From NCBI GenBank assembly GCA_964016885.1, contig OZ024743.1, forward strand, positions 46,872,001 through 46,936,000: DNA of 64,000 bases. The letters run 5' to 3'. Both the position numbers and the translations under genes were made by a program. Numbering within the stretch: the stretch's first letter is position 1; each line of letters starts with the position of its first letter. The DNA comes from Eledone cirrhosa. Taxonomy: Eukaryota. Shown here piece after piece: positions 42,101-57,877 of this stretch. Below the pieces are notes generated by a model. The model did no database searches and had not been told where the DNA came from. It saw only the letters and a program-made list of their open reading frames with translations.

Positions 42101-45100
42101 CATCCTCCCAACTACACCCTCCCAACTACACCCTCACAACTACACCTTCACAACTACATCCTCACAACTACACCCTCCCAACTACACCCTCACAACTACA
42201 CCCTCCTAACTACACCCTCCCAACTACACCCTCCCAACTACATCCTCACAACTACACCCTCCCAACTACATCCTCACAACTACACCCTCCCAACTACACC
42301 CTCACAACTACACCCTCCCAACTACACCCTCCCAACTACACCTTCCCAACTACACCCTCCCAACTACACCTTCCCAACTACATCCTCACAACTACACCCT
42401 CCCAACTACACCCTCCCAACTACACCTTCACAACTACACCCTCCCAACTACACCTTCCCAACTACACCTTCACAACTACAGCCTCACAACTACACCCTCC
42501 CAACTACACCCTCCCAACTACACCCTCACAACTACACCCCCCCAACTATACCCTCACAACTACACCCTCACAACTACATCCTCACAACTACACCCTCCCA
42601 ACTACACCCCCCCAACTACACCCTCCCTACTACACCTTCACAACTACACCTTCCCAACTACACCCTCACAACTACATCCTCCCAACTACACCCTCCCAAC
42701 TACACACTCCCCACTACACCCTCCCAACTACACCCTCCCAACTACACCCTCCCAACTACACCTTCACAACTACATCCTCACAACTACACCCTCCCAACTA
42801 CACCCTCCCAACTACACCCTCACAACTACACCCTCCCAACTACACCCTCCCAACTACACCCTCACAACTACACCCTCCCAACTACACCTTCACAACTACA
42901 TCCTCACAACTACACCCTCACAACTACACCCTCCCAACTACACCCTCACAACTACACCCTCACAACTACACCCTCCCAACTACACCCTCCCAACTACACC
43001 CTCACAACTACACCCTCCCAACTACACCCTCCCCACTACACCCTCCCAACTACACCCTCCCCACTACACCCTCCCAACTACACCCTCCCAACTACACCCT
43101 CCCAACTACACCTTCACAACTACATCCTCACAACTACACCCTCCCAACTACACCCTCCCAACTACACCCTCACAACTACACCCTCCCAACTACACCCTCC
43201 CAACTACACCCTCACAACTACACCCTCCCAACTACACCTTCACAACTACATCCTCACAACTACACCCTCCCAACTACACCCTCCCAACTACACCCTCACA
43301 ACTACACCCTCCCAACTACACCCTCCCAACTACACCCTCACAACTAAACCCTCCCAACTACAACTTCCCAACTACACCCTCCCAACTACACCCTCACAAC
43401 TACACCCTCCCAACTACAACTTCCCAACTACACCCTCCCAACTACACCCTCACAACTACACCCTCCCAACTACACCCTCACAACTACACCCTCACAACTA
43501 CACCCTCCCAACTACACCCTCCCAACTACACCCTCACAACTACACCCTCCCAACTACAACTTCCCAACTACACCCTCCCAACTACACCCTCACAACTACA
43601 CCCTCCCAACTACACCCTCACAACTACACCCTCCCAACTACACCCTCCCAACTACACCCTCCCAACTACACCCTCACAACTACACCCTCACAACTACAAC
43701 TTCCCAACTACATCCTCCCAACTACACCCTCCCAACTACACCCTCCCAACTACACCTTCACAACTACACCTTCCCAACTACACCCTCCCAACTACACCCT
43801 CACAACTACACCCTCCCAACTACACCTTCACAACTACAACTTCCCAACGACACCCTCACAACTACACCCCTCCCAACTACACCCTCCCAACTACACCCTC
43901 CCAACTACACCTTCACAACTACACCCTCCCAACTACACCCTCCCAACTACATCCTCCCAACTACACCCTCACAACTACACCCTCCCAACTACACCTTCAC
44001 AACTACACCCTCCCAACTACACCCTCCCTACTACACCCTCACAACTACACCCTCACAACTACACCCTCACAACTACACCCTCCCAACTACACCCTCCCTA
44101 CTACACCCTCACAACTACACCCTCCCAACTACACCCTCACAATACACCCTCACAACTACACCCTCCCAACTACACCCTCCCTACTACACCCTGACAACTA
44201 CACCCTCCCAACTACACCCTCCCTACTACACCCTCACAACTACCCCCCCCCCCCCTCAACTACACCCTCCCAACTACACCCTCCCAACTACACCCTCCCA
44301 ACTACACCCTCCCAACTACATCCTCACAACTACACCCTCCCAACTACACCCTCACAACTACACCCTCCCAACTACACCCTCACAACTACACCCTCACAAC
44401 TACACCCTCCCAACTACACCCTCCCAACTACATCCTCACAACTACACCCTCCCAACTACATCCTCACAACTACACCCTCCCAACTACACCCTCACAACTA
44501 CACCCTCCCAACTACACTCTCCCAACTACACCCCCCCAACTACACCCTCCCAACTACACCTTCACAACTACACCCTCACAACCACACCCTCCCAACTACA
44601 CCCTCCCTACTACACCTTCACAATTACACCCTCCCAACTACACCCTCACAACTACACCTTCACAACTACATCCTCACAACTACACCCTCCCAACTACACC
44701 CTCACAACTACACCCTCCCAACTACACCCTCCCAACTACACCCTCCCAACTACATCCTCACAACTACACCCTCCCAACTACATCCTCACAACTACACCCT
44801 CCCAACTACACCCTCACAACTACACCCTCCCAATTACACCCTCCCAACTACACCTTCCCAACTACACCCTCCCAACTACACCTTCACAACTACATCCTCA
44901 CAACTACACCCTCCCAACTACACGCTCCCAACTACAGCCTCACAACTACACCCTCCCAACTACACCCTCACAACTACACCCTCCCCACTACACCCTCCCA
45001 ACTACACCTCCCAACTACACCCTCCCAACTACACCCTCCCAACTACACCCTCCCAACTACACCTTCACAACTACATCCTCACAACTACACCCTCCCAACT

Positions 45101-48100
45101 ACACCCTCCCAACTACACCCTCACAACTACACCCCCCCAACTATACCCTCACAACTACACCCTCACAACTACATCCTCACAACTACACCCTCCCAACTAC
45201 ACCCCCCCAACTACACCCTCCCTACTACACCTTCACAACTACACCTTCCCAACTACACCCTCACAACTACATCCTCCCAACTACACCCTCCCAACTACAC
45301 CCCTCCCCACTACACCCTCCCAACTACACCCTCCCAACTACACCCTCCCAACTACACCTTCACAACTACATCCTCACAACTACACCCTCCCAACTACACC
45401 CTCACAACTACACCCTCCCAACTACACCCTCCCAACTACACCCTCACAACTACACCCTCCCAACTACACCCTTCACAACTACATCCTCACAACTACACCC
45501 TCACGACTACACCCTCCCAACTACACCCTCACAACTACACCCTCACAACTACACCCTCCCAACTACACCCTCCCCACTACACCCTCCCAACTACACCCTC
45601 CCAACTACACCCTCCCAAATACACCTTCACAACTACATCCTCACAACTACACCCTCCCAACTACACCCTCCCAACTACACCCTCACAACTACACCCTCCC
45701 AACTACACCCTCCCAACTACACCCTCACAACTACACCCTCCCAACTACACCTTCACAACTACATCCTCACAACTATACCCTCCCAACTACACCCTCCCAA
45801 CTACACCCTCACAACTACACCCTCCCAACTACCCCCTCCCAACTACACCCTCACAACTACACCCTCCCAACTACACCCTCACAACTACACCCTCACAACT
45901 ACATCCTCACAACTACACCCTCACAACTACACCCTCCCAACTACACCCTCACAACTACACCCTCACAACTACACCCTCCCAACTACACCCTCACAACTAC
46001 ACCCTAACAACTACACCCTCCCAAGTACACCCTCCCAACTACACCCTCACAACTACACCCTCCCAACTACAACCTTCCCAACTACACCCTCCCAACTACA
46101 CCCTCACAACTACACCCTCCCAACTACACCCTCACAACTACACCCTCACAACTACACCCTCCCAACTACACCCTCCCAACTACAACTTCCCAACTACACC
46201 CTCCCAACTACACCCTCACAACTACACCCTCCCAACTACACCCTCACAACTACACCCTCCCAACTACACCCTCCCAACTACACCCTACCAACTACACCCT
46301 CACAACTACACCCTCACAACTACAACTTCCCAACTACATCCTCCCAACTACACCCTCCCAACTACACCCTCCCAACTACACCTTCACAACTACACCCTCC
46401 CAACTACACCCTCCCAACTACACCCTCACAACTACACCCTCCCAACTACACCTTCACAACTACACCCTCCCAACTACACCCTCCCAACTACACCCTCCCA
46501 ACTACACCCTCACAACTACACCCTCACAACTACACCCTCCCAACTACACCCTCCCAACTACACCTTCACAACTACACCCTCCCAACTACACCCTCCCAAC
46601 TACATCCTCCCAACTACACCTTCCCAACTACACCCTCCCAACTACACCCTCCCAACTACACCCTCACAACTACACCCTCACAACTACACCCTCCCAACTA
46701 CACCCTCCCAACTACACCCTCCCTACTACACCCTCCCAACTACACCCTCACAACTACACCCTCACAACTACACCCTCCCAACTACACCCTCCCAACTACA
46801 CCCTCCCAACTACACCCTCCCAACTACACCTTCACAACTACACCCTCCCAACTACACCCTCCCTACTACACCCTCCCAACTACACCCTCACAACTACACC
46901 CTCACAACTACACCCTCCCAACTACACCCTCCCTACTACACCCTCACAACTACACCCTCCCAACTACACCCTCACAACTACACCCTCACAACTACACCCT
47001 CCCAACTACACCCTCCCTACTACACCCTGACAACTACACCCTCCCAACTACACCCTCCCTACTACACCCTCACAACTACACCCCCCCAACTACACCCTCA
47101 CAACTACACCCCCTCAACTACACCCTCACAACTACACCCTCCCAACTACACCCTCACAACTACACCCTCACAACTACACCCTCCCTACTACACCCTCACA
47201 ACTACACCCCCCAACTACACCCTCACAACTACACCCCCCAACTACACCCTCACAACTACACCCTCACAACTACACCCTCACAACTACACCCTCCCAACTA
47301 CATCCTCACAACTACACCCTCACAACTACACCCTCCCAACTACACCCTCCCAACTACACCCTCCCAACTACACCCTCCCAACTACACCCTCCCAACTACA
47401 CCCTCACAACTACACCCTCCCAACTACACCCTCCCAACTACACCCTCCCAACTACACCCTCCCAACTACATCCTCACAACTACACCCTCCCAACTACACC
47501 CTCACAACTACACCCTCCCAACTACACCCTCACAACTATACCCTCACAACTACACCCTCCCAACTACACCCTCCCAACTACACCCTCACAACTACACCCT
47601 CCCAACTACACCCTCCCAACTACACCCCCCAACTACACCCTCCCAACTACACCTTCACAACTACACCCTCACAACCACACCCTCCCAACTACACCCTCCC
47701 TACTACACCTTCACAACTACACCCTCCCAACTACACCCTCACAACTACACCCTCCCAACTACACCCTCACAACCACACCCTCCCAACTACACCCTCCCTA
47801 CTACACCTTCACAACTACACCCTCCCAACTACACCCTCCCAACTACACCCTCCCAACTACACCCTCACAACTACACCTTCACAACTACATCCTCACAACT
47901 ACACCCTCCCAACTACACCCTCACAACTACACCTTCACAACTACATCCTCCCAACTACACACTCACAACTACACCTTCACAACTACACCCTCACAACCAC
48001 ACCCTCCCAACTACACCCTCCCTACTACACCTTCACAACTACACCCTCCCAACTACACTCTCCCAACTACACCCTCCCAACTACACCCTCCCAACTACAC

Positions 48101-50121
48101 CCTCCCAACTACACCCTCCCAACTACACCCTCACAACTACACCTTCACAACTACATCCTCACAACTACACCCTCCCAACTACACCCTCACAACTACACCT
48201 TCACAACTACACCCTCCCAACTACACCCTCACAACTACACCTTCACAACTACACCCTCACAACCACACCCTCCCAACTACACCCTCCCTACTACACCTTC
48301 ACAACTACACCCTCCCAACTACACCCTCCCAACTACACCCTCCCAACTACACCCTCACAACTACACCTTCACAACTACATCCTCACAACTACACCCTCCC
48401 AACTACACCCTCACAACTACACCTTCACAACTACACCCTCCCAACTACACCCTCCCAACTACACCCTCCCAACTACACCTTCACAACTACATCCTCACAA
48501 CTACACCCTCCCAACTACACCCTACCAACTACACCCTCACAACTACACCCTCACAACTACACCCTCACAACTACACCCTCCCCACTACACCCTCCCAACT
48601 ACACCTTCCCAACTACACCCTCCCAACTACACCCTCCCCACTACACCCTCCCAACTACACCTTCCCAACTACACCCTCCCAACTACACCCTCCCAACTAC
48701 ACCTTCACAACTACACCCTCCCAACTACACCCTCACAACTACACCTTCACAACTACACCCTCACAACCACACCCTCCCAACTACACCCTCCCTACTACAC
48801 CTTCACAACTACACCCTCCCAACTACACCCTCCCAACTACACCCTCCCAACTACACCCTACCAACTACACCCTCACAACTACACCCTCACAACTACACCT
48901 TCACAACTACACCCTCCCAACTACACCCTCCCAACTACACCCTCCCAACTACACCCTCCCAACTACACCTTCACAACTACATCCTCACAACTACACCCTC
49001 CCAACTACACCCTCCCAACTACACCCTCACAACTACACCCCCCAACTATACCCTCACAATTACACCCTCACAACTACATCCTCACAACTACACCCTCCCA
49101 ACTACACACCCCCCAACTACACCCACCCTACTACACCTTCACAACTACACCTTCCCAACTACACCCTCACAACTACATCCTCCCAACTACACCCTCCCAA
49201 CTCCACCCTCCCCACTACACCCTCCCAACTACACCCTCCCAACTACACCCTCCCATCTACACCTTCACAACTACATCCTCACAACTACACCCTCCCAACT
49301 ACACCCTCCCAACTACACCCTCACAACTACACCCTCCCAACTACACCCTCACAACTACACCCTCCCAACTACATCCTCACAACTACATCCTCACAACCAC
49401 ACCCTCACAACTACACCCTCCCAACTACACCCTCACAACTACACCCTCACAACTACACCCTCCCAACTACACCCTCCCAACTACACCCTCACAACTACAC
49501 CCTCCCAACTACACCCTCCCCACTACACCCTCCCAACTACACCCTCCCAACTACACCTTCACAACTACATCCTCACAACTACACCCTCCCAACTACACCC
49601 TCCCAACTACACCCTCACAACTACACCCTCCCAACTACACCCTCCCAACTACACCCTCACAACTACACCCTCCCAACTACACCTTCACAACTACATCCTC
49701 ACAACTACACCCTCCCAACTACACCCTCCCAACTACACCCTCACAACTACACCCTCCCAACTACACCCTCCCAACTACACCCTCACAACTACACCCTCCC
49801 AACTACACACTCACAACTACACCCTCACAACTACATCCTCACAACTACACCCTCACAACTACACCATCCCAACTACACCCTCACAACTACACCCTCACAA
49901 CTACACCCTCCCAACTACACCCTCACAACTACACCCTCACAACTACACCCTCCCAACTACACCCTCCCAACTACACCCTCACAACTACACCCTCCCAACT
50001 ACAACTTCCCAACTACACCCTCCCAACTACACCCTCACAACTACACCCTCCCAACTACAACTTCCCAACTACACCCTCACAACTACATCCTCACAACTAT
50101 ACCCTCACAACTACACCCTCC
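33116..50121. repeat. ~17-kb satellite of 14-bp units CAACTACACCCTC[A/C] (~1200 copies)
   Basis: Directly visible. The 14-aa periodicity of ORF 33090..41384 equals three units. Confidence 0.99.
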
Positions 50122-50227
50122 ACCCCAATAATACTTGTCGCAGACATTAAGATATCACGACCACATTCTCTGTTCTAATAATATCTATCAAAGACCTTAA
50201 GATGTCACAACCACACTTGGAATAAAT

Positions 50228-50326
50228 AATTGTTTCTAGTTTTGGCACAAGGCCAGCAATTAATTCAGTGTATTACTGGTACCTTATTTTATCGACCCAG
50301 TAAGGATGAAACGCAAAGTTAACCTC
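50228..50326 (-). mobile_element. SINE family A, 3' part
   Basis: Family consensus. Confidence 0.75.
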
Positions 50327-50388
50327 TTGAAATATTGAAATATACCAAGTGTAGATTAATTCAATACCATCTTGGCTTGGCAGCATTT

Positions 50389-51432
<1,044 letters not shown>

Positions 51433-51584
51433 TATCAATGACAAATATTGTTTGAATTATTCTGCTAAGTATAGTAGACCACTCTGTATAGGTTTCGATA
51501 TTATCAGACCACCTCAGCATAGTATACATTTCATCGTACTTGCCAAAGTAGTGATGAAGGTCTCCCTAAATAGAAATAAAATAA

Positions 51585-51739
51585 ATGTTTCTACTTTTGG
51601 CACAAGGCCATCAATTATCCAGTACATTACTGGTACTTTATTTTATCGACCCCGTAAGGATGAAAGGCAAAGTTAACCTCGGCGGGATTTGAACTCAGAC
51701 CGCAAAGGGACGTAACTATGCTGGAAAGCATGGCGTCCG
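51585..51739 (-). mobile_element. tRNA-derived SINE, family A
   Basis: Family consensus with B-box. Confidence 0.85.
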
Positions 51740-51899
51740 AAACACAAGTAAGGGAGAACATTTAGCATATTTTAGAGAATAAATTACTAAAAGAAACTAC
51801 ATCCACATTTATAAGCTTGATGTCTTCCACAAATATTTTCTTCACTCTATCTGTAGTTATGAATATTTTGACAGTCTCCGCTACTAATCTGTTCACAAG

Positions 51900-52380
51900 A
51901 GGCAACACCGGAGGATTGAGTCATTTCCAATGCAATCCAACTTAGATGGGTTGGTCATATCCTATGGATGACTGAGAACTGCACACCTATGGTGCTGTTA
52001 TACAGTCAGCTTTAGCAGGGTGCACAGATCATTACTCAGATATAAAGACAAACTGAAGTACAATCTTAAATCTGTGAACATACCTGTTACCTCGTTTGAA
52101 GCCCTAGCTGGTGACCATGGAAAATGGAGAACTGTCTGCCATGAAAGAATAAAGAACTTTGAAAAATCTCGTCTTGTCCATCTTCGTGATCTAAGATCTA
52201 TTACCAAGATTTGATCAAATCTTCCAACCTGCTCCACTCAAAATCCTACCATCTGCCCTAAATGTGGCTTGATGTGTAAATCGGCAGCTGAAATGAAATA
52301 CCATTTAAGGCATAACCATAAAGACTGAACTGAGAGGACTGTTGAGCCCCCATACATCAAAATTGACAGGGGAGTCCATC
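51900..52380 (+). mobile_element. RTE/BovB-like LINE 3' fragment with C-terminal C2H2 finger
   Basis: QLRWVGHI..M, RYKDKLKYNLK, WRTVC, then in-frame CPKCGLMCKSAAEMKYHLRHNH (52254-52328) after a premature stop. Confidence 0.75.
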
Positions 52381-52388
52381 ATATATAA

Positions 52389-52580
52389 TAATTGTTTCCT
52401 CTTTAGGCACAAGGCCAGCAATTACTCAGTGCATTACTGGTACTTTATTTTATCTACCCCGTAAGGATGAAAGGCAAAGTAAACCTCGGCTGGATTTGAA
52501 CTCAGATCGTAAAGGGACGTAACTATGCTGGAAAGCATGGCGTCCGACTCTCTACCGATACTGCCAATCTACCGCCCTTA
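52389..52580 (-). mobile_element. tRNA-derived SINE, family A, full length
   Basis: 5' GGGCGGTAGATTGGCAGTATCGG (A-box), GAGTTCAAATCC (B-box), body and AT tail. Confidence 0.9.
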
Positions 52581-52933
52581 TAATAATATAATAATACTGG
52601 GTGGTCTATTGGGGAGATATCTGTTACAAATTTCATTAATCAAGTTGGTAATTAGATATAAGCAAAGGAACAATGAGCAGTGAAATAAACCCTCACTTTT
52701 AAACCACGCCTACCAACATGCAAGGTAAAATTGATGAAATCTCAAAATAGTAACATCAAAAAATGAAACTGTATCCATATGACCAGGTAGTTTTACCTAA
52801 AAGATGCTGTCTGATGAAATCATGTTCTAATTGTGTAACAGTGATATTGCATAGTAAAAGATGACACCCCAGAAATATGTATAACAGCGAATTACCTAGG
52901 AAAAGGAATTATGGAAAACTTGTATTCATTAAA

Positions 52934-53111
52934 ATTGGCAGTATCGGTAGAGGGTTGGACGCCATGCTTTCTAGCATAGTTACGTCCCTTTACAGTCTGA
53001 GTTCAAATCCCGCCGAGGTTAACTTTGCCTTTCATCCTTACGGGGTCGATAAAATAAAGTACCAGTAATGTACTGGGTAATTGCTGGCCTTGTGCCTAAA
53101 GTAGAAACAAT
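52934..53111 (+). mobile_element. tRNA-derived SINE, family A (a partial copy follows to ~53230)
   Basis: A-box, B-box and family body. Confidence 0.88.
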
Positions 53112-53431
53112 TATTATTATAATTGGCAAAATCTGTAGAGCGTCAGACGCCATGCTTTGCAGCATAGAGTTATGGCCCTTTGTGTTCTGTGTTATAAATC
53201 CTGCCAAGGTTGTGTTCTGAGTTCAAATACAATGGAAAAACAATGGAAAAAAATGGACAGTCTCATCGCCTCAGTTAACCTCTGGAAAACATTACAGTTT
53301 TGGTGCATTAAAGTTGATACTGTTCGTTCCAGAGCACATTGGGACATAACAAAACAGGTAGATACAAAGACAGGAGAATGTATGCCTTTTGGCGAATTAC
53401 AGAAAAAGATGAAAGATTATCCCAAGTGCGA

Positions 53432-53627
53432 GCCATAGAAATGGCAAATAACATAATAACAGTAACCATAGAAACAACAATAAGGCATAGGGACAGTAAC
53501 CATAGAAACAACAAATGATATAGGAACAGTAGCCATAGGAACAGCAATAGGGCATAGGAAGAGTAACCATAGGAATGGTAACCATAGAAACAGCAATCAG
53601 ATATAGAAACAGTAGCCATAGAAACAG
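53432..53627. repeat. Degenerate minisatellite of alternating ~15/19-bp CATAG(A/G)AACAG units
   Basis: About 11 recurrences of CATAG(A/G)AAC. Confidence 0.7.
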
Positions 53628-53789
53628 AAAATGAACAAATTCAATCAAAAGCAGAAACCTACTTTAGCTGACATAAATATAGTTTCTGTCAACACATGGA
53701 AATTTCAAAGAAAATGTTAAGAAAATACCATCCCATGAAGAGCTTCTTTAATTGTGTTTTCTATTTAGATGACAAAGCACAGACAGATA

Positions 53790-54110
53790 AGCTAAGAGAA
53801 AAACATAAGTATAAAGAAATCAGATGATGTATGCAGGAGAGAAGGTTGCACTGGTATAGACATGTAATGTTTAGGGATGTGACTATTGGGTGAAGAAGTG
53901 TTGGGAGTTACAAATGGATGGAAACCTTGAAAGTGGAAGACCAAGAAAGACGTAGGCAGATGTAGTGAAAGCTGACCTCAGGAAATTACACTTCACAAAC
54001 GAGATGAAAAGGAAAGAAATACATAGGTTAGTGTGGAACTGGAGAGGACTCGTTTTACCTCTGAAATCATACAAAAACATGTAAAATAATTATGGTGATG
54101 ATAATGATCT
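53790..54110 (+). mobile_element. Old RTE LINE 3' fragment
   Basis: RRLHWYRHVM...GRPRKT-like translation and degenerate GAT tail. Confidence 0.7.
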
Positions 54111-54377
54111 GAAGACTAGATGAAGGACACAGTCTTATCATATACACTTTTATGTTCACATTTAATTTGTTCTCGTCATGTGAACTGAATAACTAAATAG
54201 AATGATTGACTAGAATTCTCCAGCATTGGATCACACTGGATAAAAACGTTGATCCAGTCTAAAGGTTTATAAGAGAGGAAAAGATAAAGTCGGGCATAAG
54301 ACATTCTCTCATTAATACATCTTGTTGTAATGTTGTCACGTGAGCATTGCCTGCATGGAACACAGGCACGAAACACT

Positions 54378-54399
54378 GATGAAGATGATGCTGGTGGTT

Positions 54400-54435
<36 letters not shown>

Positions 54436-54534
54436 GTGATGGTGATGATGGTGATGATGATGGTGATGGTGATGATGATGGTGATGATGATGATGATAGT
54501 GATTATGATGATGATAAGATGATGCTGAGGATGC

Positions 54535-54567
<33 letters not shown>

Positions 54568-55243
54568 CAGTGATAAGGATGATGATGATGGGGAATTATA
54601 AATATTTATTTATTTTATTTACTTTCTATTTTTTTCTTGTTTTGTTTCCTAGAAGAAATCATCTTGCTCATTATCTGTGTTAGAGGAGATAGAAGGCAGC
54701 AGAGAAGTCTGCACAAGTGTCTTTGGTTGGAGTGTTGTAAATGTTTACTTAGATGGACACATACATACACACACACACATACATATACACACACACACAT
54801 ACAGACACACATACACACACACACATACACATACATACACACATGCACATACATACGCACACACATACACACACACATACATACACACACACATACACAC
54901 ACACATACATATACACACACACAGACACATAAGACACACACATACACATACATACACACATAAACACACATACACATACAGACACATACAGACACATACA
55001 GACACACACATACACATACATATACACACATCCACACACACAGAGACACACACACACAGACACATACAGACACACACCTACACACACACACACATACAGA
55101 CACACACATACACACACATACACACAGCCACACATATACAGACACACAGACACATACATACACACACATACACACACACACAGACACACATATACAGACA
55201 CACAGACACATACATACACACACATACACACACACACATACAT
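54378..55243. repeat. (GAT)n block (54378-54590) and (CA/CATA)n block (54757-55243)
   Basis: Directly visible. Confidence 0.9.
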
Positions 55244-55474
55244 ATGTATGTAAAAAGTAAACAGAAATAATAACATAAATGGTACAGTATATGGAAGGAA
55301 TAAATTAGTTTAACGCTTGAAATAGCAGGAAGAGGATCTTAACGGTTTGGATGCTAGTCCTTCATCAAAAGAAAGAATGAGAAACTAGAAGGATTGAAGG
55401 GACAGGCAGGGTAGAATTAAATTAAAAGAAATATGGAGAGAGAGAGGGGGGGGGGCAAGGGGGAGAGGGAGAGG

Positions 55475-55511
<37 letters not shown>

Positions 55512-55884
55512 CACAGTATTTTGTACATAAAGCACATAATATTTAAGAAAAAGTACATACTTAGAGGTGGAAAAGCCATTATTTTCCTTATGCTACTGTT
55601 TCATAGTTCATAAACTGAAGCAAAAATTGATCTAAGTAATTGATTATTGATTACCAACTATTGATTTTGGCAAAGCTATGGAAGACGCGAAACTAATCAT
55701 CAGAGGAATTGTATTTGGAAAAGTCCCAATAGAGTACAAAACACCTTTATATCTGTCAGGATCTGAGAAGTAGTTAAAACTATAGATGTGTGTGACTATA
55801 GTGTGAGAGAATATTTTAACTGTCCCAGCAAATACAGACTGGACACTGAATGTGCTAGAAAGAGGTGTGAAGTACAAGTCACAG

Positions 55885-56112
<228 letters not shown>

Positions 56113-56123
56113 CACATACTGCA

Positions 56124-56235
56124 TGTGGCTGAGTGGTTAGAGAATTGGAATCGCAATCTTGAGGTTGTGAGTTCGATTCCTGGACTGAGTGATGCGTTAT
56201 GTCCTTGAGCAAGACACTTTATTTCACGTTGCTCC
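56124..56235 (+). mobile_element. Second tRNA-derived SINE head with CORE-like segment
   Basis: A-box TGGCTGAGTGG, B-box GAGTTCGATTCC, then TGTCCTTGAGCAAGACACTT. Confidence 0.72.
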
Positions 56236-56339
56236 TTCTACCTGGAGTTGTGACTGATAGATAGTACTAGAAACTGGAAAGACCGATGAAAAGATTGTTC
56301 CCTCAGTCCGATTTGACGAAAGTCGATCGATCCTTTATT

Positions 56340-56374
<35 letters not shown>

Positions 56375-56517
56375 CAGAGGTTATATTTAATTTGTTCGGA
56401 TTCAACAAACTTAAAATTTTTTTATAACTGATATAAAGCACTCAACAGTTTGGTGGAGTAAATACACAATATATTAATAAATGGAAACTATATTTATAAA
56501 ACCATATTTATTTTATT

Positions 56518-57105
56518 ATGGTCACGTGATGCGCATGAAAGACGACAGATGTATAAAAAAGTGCAGGGCGATAAAAATAGACGGTGGCCACGGAGTAGGA
56601 AAAACCTGGGACGACTTGATAAATTCCGACCTCACACACTTACACCTCTCCAAGAGGTGTAAGTGTGTGTGGATCGAGATCTTTGGCGCTACACAGTAAT
56701 ACAGAAGACCCGCCTTGCCTAAGTACAAAGCGAAACCTACAGTCAGTAGGCACCTCTAACAAAAATACACCCCCGTCCCACCATCCCCACCCCATCCACA
56801 CCACCCCTTTCGATGTAAAGTTATGTTGGTACCACAACATCCAGTCCGAAATAAATGAGGTCGTGTAGGTGTCACGAAAAAAAAAAACACACAGTCCACG
56901 CTGTAGGTAACACGGTAAAAACCTCCCAGTCCACACTGTAAACGTGGTTGGTGTGAGGAAGGGCATCCAGCCGTAGAAAACCCGCCAGACAGTCCTACAC
57001 GAGCAAGACAACCAATCTTGCCTCAAGTGGGAAAACTCCCGTCCAAACCCATGCAAGCGTGGAAGATGGACGTTAAAAGAAAAAGAAAAAAAAAGAAAGA
57101 AAAGA
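56518..57105 (+). mobile_element. 5'-truncated RTE LINE with A-rich tail
   Basis: Matches 19237-19818; splits the left arm of the palindromic element. Confidence 0.92.
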
Positions 57106-57320
57106 ATACATATTTCAAGGGCAACCAAGGCAAATTATGGTGCGCTTTCATCAGATAAAATACAGATTTGTTTTATAAATAAATATTGCTTTATAAATAT
57201 TGTTTTATAAATAAATATTTGTTTTATAAATAAATATCACTCGGACTATCCAGGAAGCTCCAACCGTTAAGGTTGTCTTTTTTTCCGGGTATGTCAATAT
57301 TTATTTATAAAACAAATGTG

Positions 57321-57386
57321 TATTTTATCTGATGACAGCGCACCATAATTTGCCTTGGTTGCCCTTGAAATATGTATAATAAAATA
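57321..57386 (+). ncRNA. Type I hammerhead ribozyme motif
   Basis: TATTTTAT-CTGATGA-stem II-GAAA-TATGTA-TA-ATAAAATA: 8-bp stem I, full core, AUA triplet; first stem II pair mismatched in this copy. Confidence 0.75.
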
Positions 57387-57423
57387 AATATGGTTTTATA
57401 AATATAGTTTCCCTTATTAATAT

Positions 57424-57495
<72 letters not shown>

Positions 57496-57584
57496 CGAAA
57501 CCGTCGGTCATGGCACTAGAAGAGGTAAATATTTAAATCGTATTTTAATTTATTTAAAAGATTGTTTAATGTTTACTTGTTCCG

Positions 57585-57674
<90 letters not shown>

Positions 57675-57877
57675 TACAAGAATATAGATGACATGCCTGA
57701 GAAAATCTGATACATGCGCCATACCACCTGTAGAAGCTCAAATAAAGTTTCTAAGAAATATATCCGAGCATTTATTATAAAATTAAAAGAATGATTGACA
57801 TATATATAAATAGATATATCAAACATTAACAGGAGATAATTTCTAAAGAATGTAAGAACATATAGTTACAAAAGGTT

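Larger units (their letters stand above)
56373..57430. mobile_element. Head-to-head inverted Penelope-like (pLTR-type) remnant in (TA)n, interrupted by an RTE insertion
   Basis: 56466-56519 plus 57106-57185 is the reverse complement of ~57297-57430. Both arms carry a hammerhead motif. A homologue lies at 59255-59587. Confidence 0.7.

Noticed and set aside
33116-50121. True telomere array
   Set aside because: The unit is 14 bp rather than TTAGGG, and the array is internal with ordinary sequence on both sides.
53235-53432. Short unique ORF segment (MEKQWKKMDSL...)
   Set aside because: No recognisable motif or splice signals; it lies between a SINE fragment and a minisatellite.
55335-55372. 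Minus-strand TTGATGAAGGACTAGCATCCAAACCGTT, hammerhead-like
   Set aside because: Both core segments deviate (no CUGA, no GAAA); at most a decayed Penelope-type relic.
56124-56195. Possible tRNA gene
   Set aside because: A- and B-boxes are present but there is no acceptor stem, and it runs into a CORE-like SINE segment.
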